Assembly (NCBI GenBank): GCA_963664225.1
Contig: OY760937.1
Coordinates: 5,344,001 to 5,408,000, forward strand
DNA from: Verrucomicrobiia bacterium
Lineage (GTDB): Bacteria; Verrucomicrobiota; Verrucomicrobiia; Limisphaerales; UBA1319
Direction of reading: 5' to 3'
Length of the DNA stretch: 64,000 bases
The position numbers and the translations under genes are program-made. This document shows positions 18,001 to 27,480 of this stretch, in pieces (position 1 is the first letter of the stretch; each line of letters starts with the position of its first letter). A model generated the notes under the pieces. It searched no databases, was not told the origin of the DNA, and saw nothing but the letters and a program-made list of their open reading frames with translations.

Positions 18001-20051
18001 TGCTCGAACAGGAGAATCCATTGCGTTACGGCGGACTCAATCCCGCAGAGGCGGAGTTTCAAACGAATATCGGACGCACCGCATTTGCCGAAGACGTGTC
18101 GCATCCGCTACTTCGCGGGCTGCAGGACAAGGACTTCTTTACCTGGGAGCCCGGCGAAGTGGTTTACAAAAACGCTTATCTGAAACCGCAGCGCGGGGCG
18201 CGTTCGCTGGTTCAGTGCAACGAATCGCTGCTCAACTCCGCATTGCTGACCATACCGGTAAACGACGGCATGGTGACACTCTGCCAACTCGTCGTGGGCC
18301 AGAAGCTCGGGACGAATCCGACAGCGCAGGCGCTGATGCTCAACGCGCTGGAGTTCAGCGCGGGGTATCGTCTGGAATTTCAGAAAACGGCGGCTGCGGT
18401 GGAACCTGCACTGGGAAGAATTCTTGATGCGATCAATCTGCAATACACGCCAGCAGGCAATCCCTTGGATGCGCTGGGGCAGGGGAAGATCGCGATAGTT
18501 TCCGCCACACCGGCCAACCTCAAGGTAATCGCGGAGAACAAGGACAAGCTGAAATCCTTCAATGAGGGCGGAGGGTGGCTGGTTCTGCACGGTCTGACGC
18601 CCGATGGTCTGGCTGATTACAACCGTGTGGTTGGGTTTGAGCACATGATTCGTCCATTCCGGCGGGAACGGGTGACGATTGCCATTCCGCGAAGCAAGCT
18701 CCTGGCGGGAGTCACGCTCAGCGATGTGGCGCTTTATTCCTCGGAGCGCATTTTCTCATTCCAGGAAGGCAATTTCGTGGCGTCGGACACGTTTCAGTAT
18801 GTTGTGGATGGCGACGAAGTGGCGCCTTTCGGCAAGTGGGACAGTGAGGCGTGGTATAACTTCGTCAATGGCATGACGAGCGCCGATGGTTGGAAGTACA
18901 TCCAGAACCATCCGGCCACGGCGAATACCTACAACCTGACATTGCCGAAGTCCCAGGAACTGGTCGCATGGACGTGGGATGGAAACGTGCTCTACAATGC
19001 AACCCGTCGTGTGGAATTAATTCTCGATGGCGATGAAGCTGGGAAACTGAGCTTCAATGTGCCACCTGATGGCGAGCCGGCGACTTTCGACATCAAGCCG
19101 TCCAGGACCGCGACGCGTATTGCCATTCGACATGCGGAATACGACGATGCTCCAACCAAACGGGCCAATGGCGTTCCGTTGATCGGATGCGACAACATTT
19201 CCTTCTTTGCAAAGAGGCCAGACCAATTCTCGAAACAAGTCAAATTGATGCTTAACAGCGGCGGGCTGGTTGAATATCCGCGTGGCAAGGGAGGCATTGT
19301 TCTGGCGAACATGTGGTTCAAGGACACCGAGGAAGTGCCGATCAACGCGGCGAAGAAGCGCAGCGTGATGGCTTCCATTCTGCGGAACCTGGGCGCTCCT
19401 TTTGGCGGTGGGAAAACGATCATCGCGGGCGCGCGTCTGGCTTATGCGCCGATCGACCTCTCGAAGCACGCGACGCAGTATCGCACCGAGCGCGGGTGGT
19501 TTGGCGATGCGTCGTTCACACTCAAAGACATGCCCACCGGGGAGCAGAAGCTGGCCGGGGTCACTTACGATATTTACGATTTCCGCACTTCGCCGGTACC
19601 TACATGCATCATGCTGGCCGGACCGAACCTGCCGAACCAGTTGCCAAAAGAAGTCAAAGGAATCGCGGTGGGCCGCAAAGCGGACGCGTTGTTCTTTCTC
19701 CATACGGCACGGATCAACCAGCGCCATAACGAAGACGAGAAGAAAAAAGGCAAGAAGGATGAAATTATTCGTTATGTGGTTCATTATGCCGACGGGACTA
19801 AAGAGATTGTGCCGGTTTATAGCGAGTCCGATGTGGATGATTATAAAGCGAAATCAGTGCAGGCCTTGCCGGGCGCACAGGTTGCGTGGACCCAACCTTA
19901 CAAAGGGACTGAATTCCAAGCAGTCGTTTATTCCAAGCAATGGAATAATCCGCGCCCGGATGTGGAGATCCAATCGCTGGATGTGATGCCCGGCGAAAGC
20001 AATTCGGGCACGTTGGCGTTGCTGGCGGTGACCGCAGCGACGGCACAATAA
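15063..20051 (+). CDS. Large multidomain GH2-family glycoside hydrolase (1662 aa), secreted
   Basis: Signal peptide; sugar-binding domain, PKLWWPDEP.CY, FGFREW, RNHPSIMIWSVENE acid/base motif; long C-terminal accessory domains. Confidence 0.8.
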   Translation: MKLKPVLLWKFVVRLAAFAVLVHGTRAATPAYVWLEGENPSQCNYRQAAEGVGNPQFLSGTNWLKISIDADKLEKEAPAEGVLVDYAFEAKASGDHEIWTRIGFEFVRSAFEWRVDQGEWSAVSPEQLTTDLMELSFWTEVAWLKLGHQPITAGRHTLSFRLPKAHDKQGKPQKILFALDCVCLSAGEFFPYQACKPDEDHQNDNDRAAAKHVFALPEPKDPSARMTIPLNGTWEICRHDEQLPGMVAAPITSFPAQPRWTAMQVPGDKNERADLVFAHRLWYRTRVHIPESQKGRSFFLVFPANSLNTTIYVNGQFCGFEKSPFARFQVDISKAAKPGMNEVWVGIKDAWYGYKADAADPLVLRKRWNLPLKYLSEGFQELVYPVWNQKLMGIIGTPEFVAAGSTYAADVFCKPSVANKKLGVEIELKSNLAATRQAVVTVEAVNDKSGEVEKRWTLPSVDVSGGEAKIVTDLDWENPKLWWPDEPTCYRLRTTVAIDSKTVDIQETLFGFREWTRDGIHLKLNGINWQGFADGLPGDTPEKFLAAHKDPHYNSGFARMWTHVYKWLGVEPEEALTFMDRGGQLIRRSSCLDGEAIGYMPGLLPDLGTNWIDQITAAIKGERNHPSIMIWSVENEINFINARNMGALDKWEPTLTRAWEAIQKVDPTRPIMIDGGGATRAQTLPVHGDHYTTKPFWNYPQLAYEANENQNPWIWDQKRPKFIGEELFAAGINPAYAYFGGEQVFLGKSGNRPAVGKAMQVISQGYRWFGVAACDFCQMTTDSDGSQYNEWAPRAVLVRQWDYTFPSGQKAKRTVGIFNNTRFPDPLTFTWKLTLNNKEVASSSTTHNVAPGENEKFDVELDIPSTQQRLEGEWVLTLATKGTEIFRTVKELSVLPADKDLAIPGKVAGLKATDLYVYDPKGGATAFLKAHGVAFTPLNSIAAPSEPGKLWLLGEDALGAADASSTAFAAYAAGGGRVILLEQENPLRYGGLNPAEAEFQTNIGRTAFAEDVSHPLLRGLQDKDFFTWEPGEVVYKNAYLKPQRGARSLVQCNESLLNSALLTIPVNDGMVTLCQLVVGQKLGTNPTAQALMLNALEFSAGYRLEFQKTAAAVEPALGRILDAINLQYTPAGNPLDALGQGKIAIVSATPANLKVIAENKDKLKSFNEGGGWLVLHGLTPDGLADYNRVVGFEHMIRPFRRERVTIAIPRSKLLAGVTLSDVALYSSERIFSFQEGNFVASDTFQYVVDGDEVAPFGKWDSEAWYNFVNGMTSADGWKYIQNHPATANTYNLTLPKSQELVAWTWDGNVLYNATRRVELILDGDEAGKLSFNVPPDGEPATFDIKPSRTATRIAIRHAEYDDAPTKRANGVPLIGCDNISFFAKRPDQFSKQVKLMLNSGGLVEYPRGKGGIVLANMWFKDTEEVPINAAKKRSVMASILRNLGAPFGGGKTIIAGARLAYAPIDLSKHATQYRTERGWFGDASFTLKDMPTGEQKLAGVTYDIYDFRTSPVPTCIMLAGPNLPNQLPKEVKGIAVGRKADALFFLHTARINQRHNEDEKKKGKKDEIIRYVVHYADGTKEIVPVYSESDVDDYKAKSVQALPGAQVAWTQPYKGTEFQAVVYSKQWNNPRPDVEIQSLDVMPGESNSGTLALLAVTAATAQ

Positions 20052-20082
20052 ACCCTTCGTCCATAAGGTGAATACACATTTT

Positions 20083-20859
20083 ATGAAATTGACCTGGAGC
20101 AGCATTATCGGGGCGCTGGCCTGCCTGTTGGCGCTTGATCTCCAAGCTGCCCCGTTGCGCATTGTGGCCATTGGCGATTCGATCACACAAGGTCGTGGCT
20201 CGCAAAGCAAGGGCGGTGAAGCCTGGACTCCAACTTTCAGCTATCGATATCCACTTTGGAAGCTGCTCGTCGATGCCGGAGCGGACTTCGATTTAGTGGG
20301 ATCCTTGCACGGTGGTTTTGAGGGTGATCCTGATTGGGCTGATTACAAGGGCAGGAAATTCGATCGCGATCATGAAGGACACTGGGGATGGAAGGCGGTG
20401 GACGTGGCCGCCAAAATGCCCGGGTGGATGCAGGACTACACGCCCGATGTTGCACTGATACTGCTGGGTTCCAATGACGCCAATGGTAAAACGCCAGAGG
20501 AGCATAAAGCCAGCGTTGAGCGCGTCCGTGTGGCGATGAGCGACATAATCTCGAGCCTGCGGCAGAAGAATCCAAAGGTTGTCATCCTGCTCGGCCAGTG
20601 CCATCAGGAATGGGAGCCATTTCCTGCGATGCGCGCCGCCATGACTGAACTCGCCAAAGCCCAAACCGGCGTTGATTCGCCGATTGTCATTGTGGATCAT
20701 TCCCCCGGGTGGATCAGTGATCCCAAGAAACCCGAGGCTCACACAGTGGACTGGGTGCATCCCAATCTGGCCGGAGATGAAAAACTAGCCCGGAATTGGT
20801 TTGCAGCACTGAAGCCGTATTTGAATCAAGGTGGTCGTTCTTCCGGTAAACACCAATGA
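20083..20859 (+). CDS. SGNH/GDSL hydrolase (putative carbohydrate esterase)
   Basis: AIGDSITQG, HEGHWG, LLGSND, DWVHPN blocks; signal peptide. Confidence 0.88.
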   Translation: MKLTWSSIIGALACLLALDLQAAPLRIVAIGDSITQGRGSQSKGGEAWTPTFSYRYPLWKLLVDAGADFDLVGSLHGGFEGDPDWADYKGRKFDRDHEGHWGWKAVDVAAKMPGWMQDYTPDVALILLGSNDANGKTPEEHKASVERVRVAMSDIISSLRQKNPKVVILLGQCHQEWEPFPAMRAAMTELAKAQTGVDSPIVIVDHSPGWISDPKKPEAHTVDWVHPNLAGDEKLARNWFAALKPYLNQGGRSSGKHQ

Positions 20860-20866
20860 TCAGCGC

Positions 20867-21877
20867 ATGAAATCCCTCTTCCAACTGACGGCGATCCTTT
20901 TCGTGGCAATAACCATGCTGAGCAGACCTGCTGTTGCAGGTGAACTGTCCGCCTCATCACAAACCATGCGCGTCTATTTCATTGGCAACAGTGTCACTGA
21001 TACAATCAAATACGATGCCTTCGCTGAGGCGGTTCAAGGCATGGACTGCAAACTGAAGTGGGGGCGACAGATGATCCCCGGCAGTCCGCTCTTCTGGTTG
21101 TGGCGCGCGGCAGAAGGCAAACCCGAAGACTGTGGATTCACCAAGAATCCTTATGGCGGGAGCATTCAGGCATTGCGAGATTTCGAATGGGATGCGGTGA
21201 CACTACAGCCATTCGATCGTCTGCTGGCCAATGCGGATCCCAAGGAGGCTGACGAACAGGGCGACATTCTTTACGCGCAAAAATATCTCGACCTGACTTT
21301 GCAACGCAGCCCGAACGCTCAGGTTTATATATACGCGCGCTGGCCGCGAATGCTGGTGAAAGGCAAGGGCATTGATTTTGACAAGGACGCCTATGACAAA
21401 CCGGCGTCCGGCAAAACCGCAGATTGGAGCCAGGTCGATGCTTTTGGCCAACGCTGGCAGACCAGATACACCGGGGGTTGGGATACCAGCAACGAAACAG
21501 CGGATTACTTCGAAACGCTGACCCGCATCCTGCGCAAGGTAAATCCAACCGTACACAAGCCGGTCCTAATGATTCCCGTGGGGCACGTCATGTTCGAGTT
21601 GGACAAAGTGATGCAGTCCGGCGAGTTGCCTGGCTATAAGGGTATCTACGACGTGTACAAGGATGCCATCCATCTCACGGATGCTGGATCCTATATTGTG
21701 GGATGCACGTTTTATGCGACAGTTTTCAAGAAGGACCCCAAGGGTTTTCCCGGTGAACCCTATAAGGTATCGGATTCCAAGCTGATGGCGGTGGTGCAAA
21801 AAGTCGTGTGGCAGGTGGTTAAGAACCAACCCCTGGCTGGTGTCGCACCTCAAGAGTCAATTAAACAGGGTAATTGA
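20867..21877 (+). CDS. Secreted SGNH-like protein
   Basis: VYFIGNSVT, WDAVTLQ, IPVG, DAIHLT..GSY motifs; signal peptide. Confidence 0.7.
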   Translation: MKSLFQLTAILFVAITMLSRPAVAGELSASSQTMRVYFIGNSVTDTIKYDAFAEAVQGMDCKLKWGRQMIPGSPLFWLWRAAEGKPEDCGFTKNPYGGSIQALRDFEWDAVTLQPFDRLLANADPKEADEQGDILYAQKYLDLTLQRSPNAQVYIYARWPRMLVKGKGIDFDKDAYDKPASGKTADWSQVDAFGQRWQTRYTGGWDTSNETADYFETLTRILRKVNPTVHKPVLMIPVGHVMFELDKVMQSGELPGYKGIYDVYKDAIHLTDAGSYIVGCTFYATVFKKDPKGFPGEPYKVSDSKLMAVVQKVVWQVVKNQPLAGVAPQESIKQGN

Positions 21878-22061
21878 GCAGACTTAGTGGAAGAACTCTG
21901 CTTGCAGACTGGTTGATGAGGGGCTGCATTTAATCACTGTTACATATTCTCTTGTAAGGTGTTGTGTTGTGAATGATGCTTTCAATGGTTGTGTGTGTGG
22001 CAGGCGCGTGCTGAATGTGCACGGCGCATGCAACGTCCAACCGTTCGAAGGGAACAGGATT

Positions 22062-23255
22062 ATGCATATAAACAATTTTGGACGGAAGGTCGGTTTGATC
22101 GCACTCGCCCTCTGGGGTGCCACAGCCTGCATTCAAGCTGAGAACACGGTCGCTGTGAACGAAGTTCTCAAATTGAAGGATGCGGCCGTGAACGAGGAAA
22201 CGATTGTAGCCTACATTCAAAACAAGGATATCAACTACGATTTGTCGGCTGACAGCATTCTCAATTTGCGCAACAGGGGTGTTTCGGCAGCGGTTTTGAA
22301 TGCCATGCTTGCGAGCGGACATGGAACGGCTGCCACGCTGCCTGCGGCGCCGCAACCTGCAATGGCAGCGCCGCAAACGCAGCAAATTTCCACGCCGACT
22401 CAAGCGCCACAGTGGCAGCCACAGCCAGGCGTTTCCTCGACGGTTACAACCGTGGTCACGCAACCCGCGGCCAATCCGGATGTGGCCTATTTTTATCAGG
22501 AGCTTAGTCCTTATGGGCGATGGATTCTCGCTGAGGACGGTCAATGGTGCTGGCAGCCGACGGTTGTGATTGGCTCGCCGGATTGGCGACCATACTGGGA
22601 TAAGGGTCGCTGGGTTTGGACGGATCAGGGCTGGTATTGGACCTCGGATTATACGTGGGGTTGGGCTGCATTTCATTACGGCCGCTGGCAGTTGCATCCG
22701 CATCACGGCTGGATCTGGTTCCCGGATCGCGTTTGGGGACCCTCGTGGGTGGCGTGGCGTTCAGGCGGCGATTATTGCGGCTGGGCTCCATTGCCTCCGG
22801 GCGCGGTCTATGACACAGGTCGCGGATATTTCCTCTTTCATGGAAGGCGTGTGGAAGCGGGCTTCGATTTTGGCCTTGGTTTTGCGCATTTCAGTTTTTC
22901 CACAATGCGCAACATGGGGGAACCCATACGCGGTCATTTCCGCAGCGATGCGCATATGCGTTCGGAATTTGGGCATACCACCATCATTAACAACTACTCG
23001 GTAAATCGGAGTGTCGTGGGTGGCGAAACGCATGTGGCGGTTTTCAATCATGGCATTGAACCCTCGAGGGTTTCGGCTGCAAAAGGACGCAGATTTGAAA
23101 CGATCCACATAGAGGATCGCAACACGCCTGCGCCAGGCCGGGGGCATGAGCGTATCAACGCCAAGGATAAAAAGCTCGAAGTCTATCGTCCCCGAATTGG
23201 CGGCGGTGGTGGCGGCAATGGTGGTAATGGAGGTAATGGTGGCGGGCGGCGCTGA
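22062..23255 (+). CDS. Secreted Trp-rich DUF6600-like protein with Gly/Asn tail
   Basis: 'FYQELSPYGRW...WRPYWDKGRWVWTDQGWYWTSDYTWGWAAFHYGRW...WGPSWVAWR...GWAPLPP'. Confidence 0.75.
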   Translation: MHINNFGRKVGLIALALWGATACIQAENTVAVNEVLKLKDAAVNEETIVAYIQNKDINYDLSADSILNLRNRGVSAAVLNAMLASGHGTAATLPAAPQPAMAAPQTQQISTPTQAPQWQPQPGVSSTVTTVVTQPAANPDVAYFYQELSPYGRWILAEDGQWCWQPTVVIGSPDWRPYWDKGRWVWTDQGWYWTSDYTWGWAAFHYGRWQLHPHHGWIWFPDRVWGPSWVAWRSGGDYCGWAPLPPGAVYDTGRGYFLFHGRRVEAGFDFGLGFAHFSFSTMRNMGEPIRGHFRSDAHMRSEFGHTTIINNYSVNRSVVGGETHVAVFNHGIEPSRVSAAKGRRFETIHIEDRNTPAPGRGHERINAKDKKLEVYRPRIGGGGGGNGGNGGNGGGRR

Positions 23256-23281
23256 TCGCAGCGTGGCCATTCCATAATTGT

Positions 23282-24202
23282 TCAAACGGACGCAATCGGT
23301 TTGGCGGGGTGATGAGTCAACCCCGCCACTTCCCAAACAATCTTCAGAAACGAACCAAGCACCGGAGACGTGTCATTCTTGCGCCATAGCACGGCCAAAT
23401 CAGTTGTGGGAACGGGCGGTTGCAGCGGGCGATATGCGATGCCGGTGCGCTGTAAAGATTGCATCGAGGCTGGAACGATGGAAACGCCCATTCCTCCTGC
23501 GATCAGGCTCACGATGGTTTGGGTCGAGCGCGCTTCCTGGATCACTCTGGGAGCAAATCCGGCCGCCGCACAAAGGCCAACGACTTGATCATAAAAGCCG
23601 GGGCCCAAATGGCGCGGAACCAGAAGGAAAGATTCCTGCGCCAAGGCTGCCAGGGATATTCGTTTCTTTGCAGCCAGGGGGTTTTGCTCGTGAAGGACCA
23701 CCATCAGGGGTTCGCGCCAGACAACGCGTAATTCGAAATCCCCGGTTGCTAGAGCGGGAGGGCGGACCAGGCCGACGTCGATGCGATGCTCCTTCATGGC
23801 CTCGAATTGTTCTTCACTGGTCAAATCATGCAGAACCAACGCCACGTCTGGATGGCGGGAGCGCATGAAACCGAAGACGGACGCGAACTTGCCGTAAACC
23901 GCGGAACTGACGAAGCCCATGGATAACTGTCCCACATCGCCACGGGCTGCGCGCCGAGCCATGCGAAGGGCCTGATCGGCCTGTGCGAGGGTCTTGCGCG
24001 CCTCCGTGAGGAAAACCATTCCAGCCGCGGTCAACTCAACGCTTCGTTTTGTTCTTAGCAGGAGCACTGCGCCGATCTCTTCCTCCAGCGTCTTGATTTG
24101 CTGGCTGAAAGGGGGTTGAGCGATGCCCATGCGCTCGGCGGCGCGGCTGAAATGCAGTTCCTCCGCGACGGCGACGAAATATCTCAAATGTCGGAGTTCC
24201 AT
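23282..24202 (-). CDS. LysR family transcriptional regulator (YnfL/AlsR/BenM-like)
   Basis: MELRHLRYFVAVAEELHFSRAAERMGIAQPPFSQQIK HTH. Confidence 0.93.
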   Translation of the reverse strand: MELRHLRYFVAVAEELHFSRAAERMGIAQPPFSQQIKTLEEEIGAVLLLRTKRSVELTAAGMVFLTEARKTLAQADQALRMARRAARGDVGQLSMGFVSSAVYGKFASVFGFMRSRHPDVALVLHDLTSEEQFEAMKEHRIDVGLVRPPALATGDFELRVVWREPLMVVLHEQNPLAAKKRISLAALAQESFLLVPRHLGPGFYDQVVGLCAAAGFAPRVIQEARSTQTIVSLIAGGMGVSIVPASMQSLQRTGIAYRPLQPPVPTTDLAVLWRKNDTSPVLGSFLKIVWEVAGLTHHPAKPIASV

Positions 24203-24212
24203 TAGGGGATGG

Positions 24213-24231
24213 TAATACATTAAAAGTATTA
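24213..24231. promoter_or_regulatory. LysR recognition box TAATAC-N7-GTATTA
   Basis: Palindrome with T-N11-A / ATAC-N7-GTAT core between divergent LysR and MFS genes. Confidence 0.75.
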
Positions 24232-24308
24232 ATAATGCAAAAATAATATATTGGATGTGACCCACCGGGCCGACGTAGGTTATCCCGTCTGTGAATGGCA
24301 CAAATGCA

Positions 24309-25523
24309 ATGGAAACCGTGAAGATCGGATGGCCTGTGAACGGGGCAGTGGCTGAGAGATCCGCCCAGGTTCAAAGCCGGGCGGGGATACTGCTGGCTTT
24401 ATTTGTCATGGGCTTCGCGACATTTCTCAATTTGTATGCAACCCAGCCGATGCTGCCGCAATTTCGGCAAATCTTCCACGCATCGGAGCTCCTGGTGAGT
24501 TTGACGGTCAGCGCTCCGGCGCTGGCGGTGGCCTTGGCGGCTCCTTTTCTTGGGCTCATGGCGGACGCGTTGGGACGCAAGCGGGTGATCGTTACGGCCA
24601 TGCTGGGGCTCGCCATTCCTACGATCCTGTCGGCCACATCCAGCGGTTTGGGACAATTAATTGTGTGGAGGTTTCTTCAGGGACTATTCATTCCGGGCGT
24701 TATTGCCGTAGCCATGGCTTATATCAGTGAGGAAACACAACGGCAATCGGTCGGCTCCACGATGGCGACCTATGTGACGGGCACGGTGGTGGGCGGATTT
24801 GTGGGACGCTTTGCAGGGGGGCTGATTGCGGCGCATTGGGGGTGGCGGGCTGCGATGCTGGCACTCGGAATAGCGACATTGTCGGGTGCGTTCGCCACAT
24901 GGTGGCTTTTGCCTCGTTCGACAAAGTTCGTGCGGCACAACAACGCCGCCGCGTCGCTGGCATCGTTGAAGGCGCACTTGCGCAACAAGCAACTTCTGGC
25001 GACCTACGTGGTGGGATTCAACGTGCTGTTTTGCCTGGTGGGCACGTTTACCTACGTGAACTTTTATCTGGCGGATGAGCCGTTTAATCTTGCGCCAGCG
25101 GCACTGGCTTCGATTTTTGGCGTGTATTTAATCGGCGCGGTGGTGACGCCTTTTTCAGGTCGCATTCTGGATCGCATCGGCTATCGGAGGACTTTGATTG
25201 GGGCCGTCGCAATCGCTGCGTTAGGAATGCTGATTACGCTGTTTCATTCGTTGCCTATTGTGGTTTTTGGTCTGGCTCTGGCCGCTTCCGGCGCATTCGC
25301 CTGTCAGTCCGCGGCATCGAGCAACGTGGGCCGGGTCGCAGGGAAGGCTCGCTCCTCTGCGGCCGGTCTGTATGTTGGGATGTATTATTTTGGCGGATGT
25401 GTTGGGTCCATTGTCCCAGGTTATCTCTGGAACACTGCGGGGTGGGACGGTTGCGTTGGAGTGATCGTGATCATGCAGGCCGTGACCGCCACAATTGCGG
25501 GAAAACTTTGGAAAGAGGGTTGA
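24309..25523 (+). CDS. MFS transporter (YnfM-like)
   Basis: 12 TM pattern; LYATQPMLP, ADALGRKRV, RFLQG, YISEE; divergent from LysR like ynfL/ynfM. Confidence 0.88.
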   Translation: METVKIGWPVNGAVAERSAQVQSRAGILLALFVMGFATFLNLYATQPMLPQFRQIFHASELLVSLTVSAPALAVALAAPFLGLMADALGRKRVIVTAMLGLAIPTILSATSSGLGQLIVWRFLQGLFIPGVIAVAMAYISEETQRQSVGSTMATYVTGTVVGGFVGRFAGGLIAAHWGWRAAMLALGIATLSGAFATWWLLPRSTKFVRHNNAAASLASLKAHLRNKQLLATYVVGFNVLFCLVGTFTYVNFYLADEPFNLAPAALASIFGVYLIGAVVTPFSGRILDRIGYRRTLIGAVAIAALGMLITLFHSLPIVVFGLALAASGAFACQSAASSNVGRVAGKARSSAAGLYVGMYYFGGCVGSIVPGYLWNTAGWDGCVGVIVIMQAVTATIAGKLWKEG

Positions 25524-25534
25524 ATTTCGCACTG

Positions 25535-25730
25535 ACCCCCAAGGGGATCACGGATATCCAAAGAACGGTAGCGGCGCTCGACCGGTGGTTCCCTGTGCCG
25601 CAGGACGAGAATCGCCAGCGTCGTTCCCAGACGAAAAAGACCACACCGCAGCCACAGTGAAAAGAATGGCATTCATGAATGAATCCGGCACCGGGACCGG
25701 CAACACCGCGATCACGCACTGAACGCGCCC
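25535..25730 (-). pseudogene. Frameshifted remnant of an APC-family amino-acid permease C-terminus
   Basis: Minus-strand frames join to 'VQCVIAVL...DSFMNAILFTVAAVWSF / TTLAILVLRHREPPVERRYRS / GYP / VIPL', resembling the APC 'VLR.REP..RPYR..GYP..P' signature. Confidence 0.55.
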
Positions 25731-25794
25731 GGAAAAGGCGACGCTGAGTGTTGACTTGAAAGCATTTCAGAGCAAGGTTCTGGTCGATCACTTT

Positions 25795-27312
25795 ATGAAT
25801 ATTTCACCCATTCTGGTCGCGAAGAACAAATCGGACATCGTGCTCCTTCCGCAGATGGCCAACCGCCACGGCCTGATCAGTGGCGCGACTGGCACGGGTA
25901 AGACCGTTACGTTGCAAGTTCTCGCGGAAAATTTCAGCGCCCTGGGCGTGCCTGTGTTTCTGGCCGATGTGAAGGGCGACCTCGCCGGAATTTCACAACC
26001 GGGGGGGCAATCCCCCAAGGTTCAGGAGCGCCTCGCACAATTGAAGATTGATGGCTACACGCCCGCCGGCTGCCCCGTCACTTTTTGGGACGTGTTCGGC
26101 GAGCAAGGCCACCCCATCCGCACCACCATCTCTGAGTTCGGCCCGCTGTTGCTCGCGCGCCTACTGCAACTTAACGAAGTCCAGGAGGGGGTGCTGAACC
26201 TTATTTTCAAGATCGCCGACGAAAACGCGCTGCTGCTCCTGGACCTCAAGGACCTCCGCGCCATGTCGCAATACGTCGGCGACAACGCCGCCCAGTTCAC
26301 CACCCAATACGGCAACATCTCCGCCGCCAGCATCGGCGCCATCCAGCGCAACCTCCTCACCCTAGAAACGCAGGGGGCGGACAAATATTTCGGCGAGCCT
26401 GCCATCAATCTGGACGACTTTCTCCAGGCCGACGCCAACGGCAAGGGGCTCGTCAATATTCTCGTTGCCGACAAGCTCCTGCAATCTCCGCGTGTTTACG
26501 CCACCTTGCTGCTGTGGTTGCTATCGGAGTTGTTTGAGCGATTGCCCGAGGCCGGAGACTTGCCGAAACCCAAAATGGTGTTCTTTTTTGACGAGGCGCA
26601 TCTGTTGTTTAACGAAGCGCCGCCTGCATTGCTGGAAAAAATCGAGCAGGTGGTCCGACTCGTCCGTTCCAAAGGGGTTGGCGTGTTTTTCATCACCCAG
26701 AACCCGCGTGACGTGCCGGATAACGTGCTGGGTCAACTTTCAAACCGCGTCCAGCACGCTTTGCGCGCCTTCACCCCGCACGACCAGAAAGCCGTGACCG
26801 CCGCCGCCGAGACTTTTCGCGAGAATCCCGGGATCAATACCGCCGCCGCCATCATGGAGTTGGGCGTGGGTGAGGCACTGATTTCCTTCCTTGAGGAGAA
26901 TGGTCAGCCAGCCATCGTTCAACGCGCGTGGATTGTTCCGCCACGGAGCCAGATCGGCCCGATCACGACCGAACAACGCCGGCAGCTCATCCAGAATTCG
27001 ATTGTTGCAGGCGTTTATGAAAAAGCGGTGGATCGTGAATCGGCTTATGAAAAGCTAACCGCCGCGCAGCCGCCTGTGGTCCCGCCACCCATCGCTCCCG
27101 AGCAACCTGGATTCTTTGGATCGCTCTTTGGCGGCAGTGCGCCCGCACCTGCCTTGCATGGAAGGGCCCCGGGTCGCCAGCCGGATTCCCTGGTCACCAT
27201 TGCGGCCAAGAGCGCCGTTCGCTCCGTCAGCAGCGGCATCGGCCGCCAGATTGCCAATCAGGTTGTGCGCGGCCTCTTGGGAAGCATCTTCGGAGGCGGT
27301 CGGCGCAGGTAG
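25795..27312 (+). CDS. yjgR: YjgR/DUF853 HerA-like ATPase
   Basis: [20 protein letters not shown]alker [11 protein letters not shown]alker [27 protein letters not shown]. Confidence 0.88.
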   Translation: MNISPILVAKNKSDIVLLPQMANRHGLISGATGTGKTVTLQVLAENFSALGVPVFLADVKGDLAGISQPGGQSPKVQERLAQLKIDGYTPAGCPVTFWDVFGEQGHPIRTTISEFGPLLLARLLQLNEVQEGVLNLIFKIADENALLLLDLKDLRAMSQYVGDNAAQFTTQYGNISAASIGAIQRNLLTLETQGADKYFGEPAINLDDFLQADANGKGLVNILVADKLLQSPRVYATLLLWLLSELFERLPEAGDLPKPKMVFFFDEAHLLFNEAPPALLEKIEQVVRLVRSKGVGVFFITQNPRDVPDNVLGQLSNRVQHALRAFTPHDQKAVTAAAETFRENPGINTAAAIMELGVGEALISFLEENGQPAIVQRAWIVPPRSQIGPITTEQRRQLIQNSIVAGVYEKAVDRESAYEKLTAAQPPVVPPPIAPEQPGFFGSLFGGSAPAPALHGRAPGRQPDSLVTIAAKSAVRSVSSGIGRQIANQVVRGLLGSIFGGGRRR

Positions 27313-27480
27313 GACGTCGCGCGCTCCCTACGCATGCGTCCATCGATTCCATCGCTCTGTAAATTGTTCGGCATCGCCAATATAGACTGTTGATACCCCG
27401 CAATGGGACACCATGCCGCAGTTGTTGAACTTGAAGCATCGCCTCTTTACTTTGGGATCCCGGCCTGAAACATTAAGGGC

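Noticed and set aside
23199..23250. GGN/AAT repeats at the end of the DUF6600-like gene
   Set aside because: Simply encodes a Gly/Asn low-complexity tail; not a CRISPR or VNTR. No CRISPR array was seen anywhere in the window
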